26,270 bases of DNA from a virus (taxonomy: Duplodnaviria; Caudoviricetes). The stretch spans positions 1-26,270 of IMG/VR virus record IMGVR_UViG_3300048611_000148, one strand, 5' to 3'. Positions 25,342-26,270 of the stretch are shown here, one piece after another. Within the stretch, counting starts at the first letter, position 1, and each line of letters opens with the position of its first letter. The position numbers and the translations under genes are program-made. Under the pieces are notes generated by a model. The model saw only the letters and a list, made by a program, of their open reading frames with translations. It was not told where the DNA came from and searched no databases.

Positions 25342-25980
25342 ATGCCTAGCAAACTGTCGATATACAACGGTGCTTTGAGAGAGGTCGGCGAACGCAAGCT
25401 CGCCTCCCTCTCCGAAAACCGCGAGCCGCGCCGCGTGCTCGATTCCATCTGGGATGATGATGCACTGAAGACCTGCCTGGCTGCAGGTCAGTGGAACTTC
25501 GCCTCCAACACGATCGAACTGACACACTCGCCGTCTATCGATCCCGCGTTCGGCCTCTCCTACGCCTTCGACAAGCCGGATGACTGGGTGCGAACCACGG
25601 GCGTGTTTTCTGACGAAGGCCTCACCTCTCCGCTTCTGCACTACAAGGACGAAGGTGATTATTGGTACGCCGATCTGGACACCATCTACGTGTCCTATGT
25701 CGACAGCGGCACGTCTTACGGTGGGGATTACGGCAAGTGGCCGGCGAACTTCACGAGGTACGTCGAGACGTGGCTTGCCGCGCGAATCTGTATGTCACTG
25801 ACGCAGAATCAATCGAAGCGCGACAACCTGGAGCGTGACGCCGAGGTGTGGTTGGTCAAGGCCAAGTCGACCGACGCCATGGATGAGTCGACGAAGTTTC
25901 TACCCGAAGGCACCTGGAGCCGGGCGAGACGGGGCCGCGGGAATCGTGAGCGTGGCATCAGAAGTCGGCTGATCGGCTAA
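25342..25980 (+). CDS. Tail tubular protein A (T7 gp11-like adaptor)
   Basis: SKLSIYNGALREVGE..WNFA..FGLSYAFDKPDDWVR..LAARIC..AKSTDA. Confidence 0.88.
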   Translation: MPSKLSIYNGALREVGERKLASLSENREPRRVLDSIWDDDALKTCLAAGQWNFASNTIELTHSPSIDPAFGLSYAFDKPDDWVRTTGVFSDEGLTSPLLHYKDEGDYWYADLDTIYVSYVDSGTSYGGDYGKWPANFTRYVETWLAARICMSLTQNQSKRDNLERDAEVWLVKAKSTDAMDESTKFLPEGTWSRARRGRGNRERGIRSRLIG

Positions 25981-26270
25981 TGCCCAAGACCACGCAGGCG
26001 CTGCTCAGTTTCAACCGTGGAATTCTGAGCAGGCTCGGCCTTGCGCGCATCGATCTGAACCGCACACCGCTGTCCGCGGAGATCATGACGAACTGGATGC
26101 CGCGCGTGCTCGGCTCCATGATGCTGCGGCCCGGCTGGCAGTACATCAGCGATACACGTAGCGATGCGGTGGCAAAGCTGTTCCCGTTCGTATTCGCGAC
26201 AGACGACACAGCCCAGCTTGAGATCACCGAAGGCGTTCTGCGTATCCGCATCGATGACGTGCTTCTGACT
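25980..26270 (+). CDS. Tail tubular protein B / nozzle, 3'-truncated
   Basis: TAATG coupling; MPKTTQALLSFNRGILS..ARIDL..NWMPRVLGSMMLRPG. Absent from the ORF track because there is no stop in the window. Confidence 0.85.
   Translation, partial: MPKTTQALLSFNRGILSRLGLARIDLNRTPLSAEIMTNWMPRVLGSMMLRPGWQYISDTRSDAVAKLFPFVFATDDTAQLEITEGVLRIRIDDVLLT

Noticed and set aside
17781-26270. Diversity-generating retroelement, suspected because of the BPP-1-like structural module
   Set aside because: No reverse transcriptase and no TR/VR pair with adenine-specific mismatches seen in the window.
1-26270. CRISPR array, iteron array, integrase/att site, lysis genes
   Set aside because: No regularly spaced repeats or recognisable motifs found; these may lie outside the window.

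Overview
About 26 kb of a GC-rich temperate phage or prophage. It combines a lambda-style control region with a podovirus-type (T7/BPP-1/epsilon15-like) head-tail module. Order: truncated HNH-like gene; divergent cI/cro switch with three operator-like sites; CII-like gene; a roughly 600 nt ORF-poor, densely stem-looped interval (2700-3300) where replication genes would normally sit; nin-like small genes (Lar-like, DUF1064); Q-like antiterminator with pR'/tR'-like signals; an accessory block (leftward 3-gene unit, exported malectin+FN3 protein, stand-alone Fis-type HTH, Asp/Asn beta-hydroxylase-like oxygenase); five acidic, beta-rich putative virion genes; TerS, TerL, portal, scaffold, major capsid and cement; then two tail tubular A paralogs flanking a beta-helix tailspike, and the start of tail tubular B. 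No replication, lysis, integrase, RT, tRNA or CRISPR features were recognised. The best novelty candidate is 2700-3300: a putative large structured RNA with an internal antisense promoter/terminator pair and a downstream DnaA box, possibly an RNA-primed (ColE1-like) origin in a phage. All family calls come from motif recognition by eye, not from database searches.
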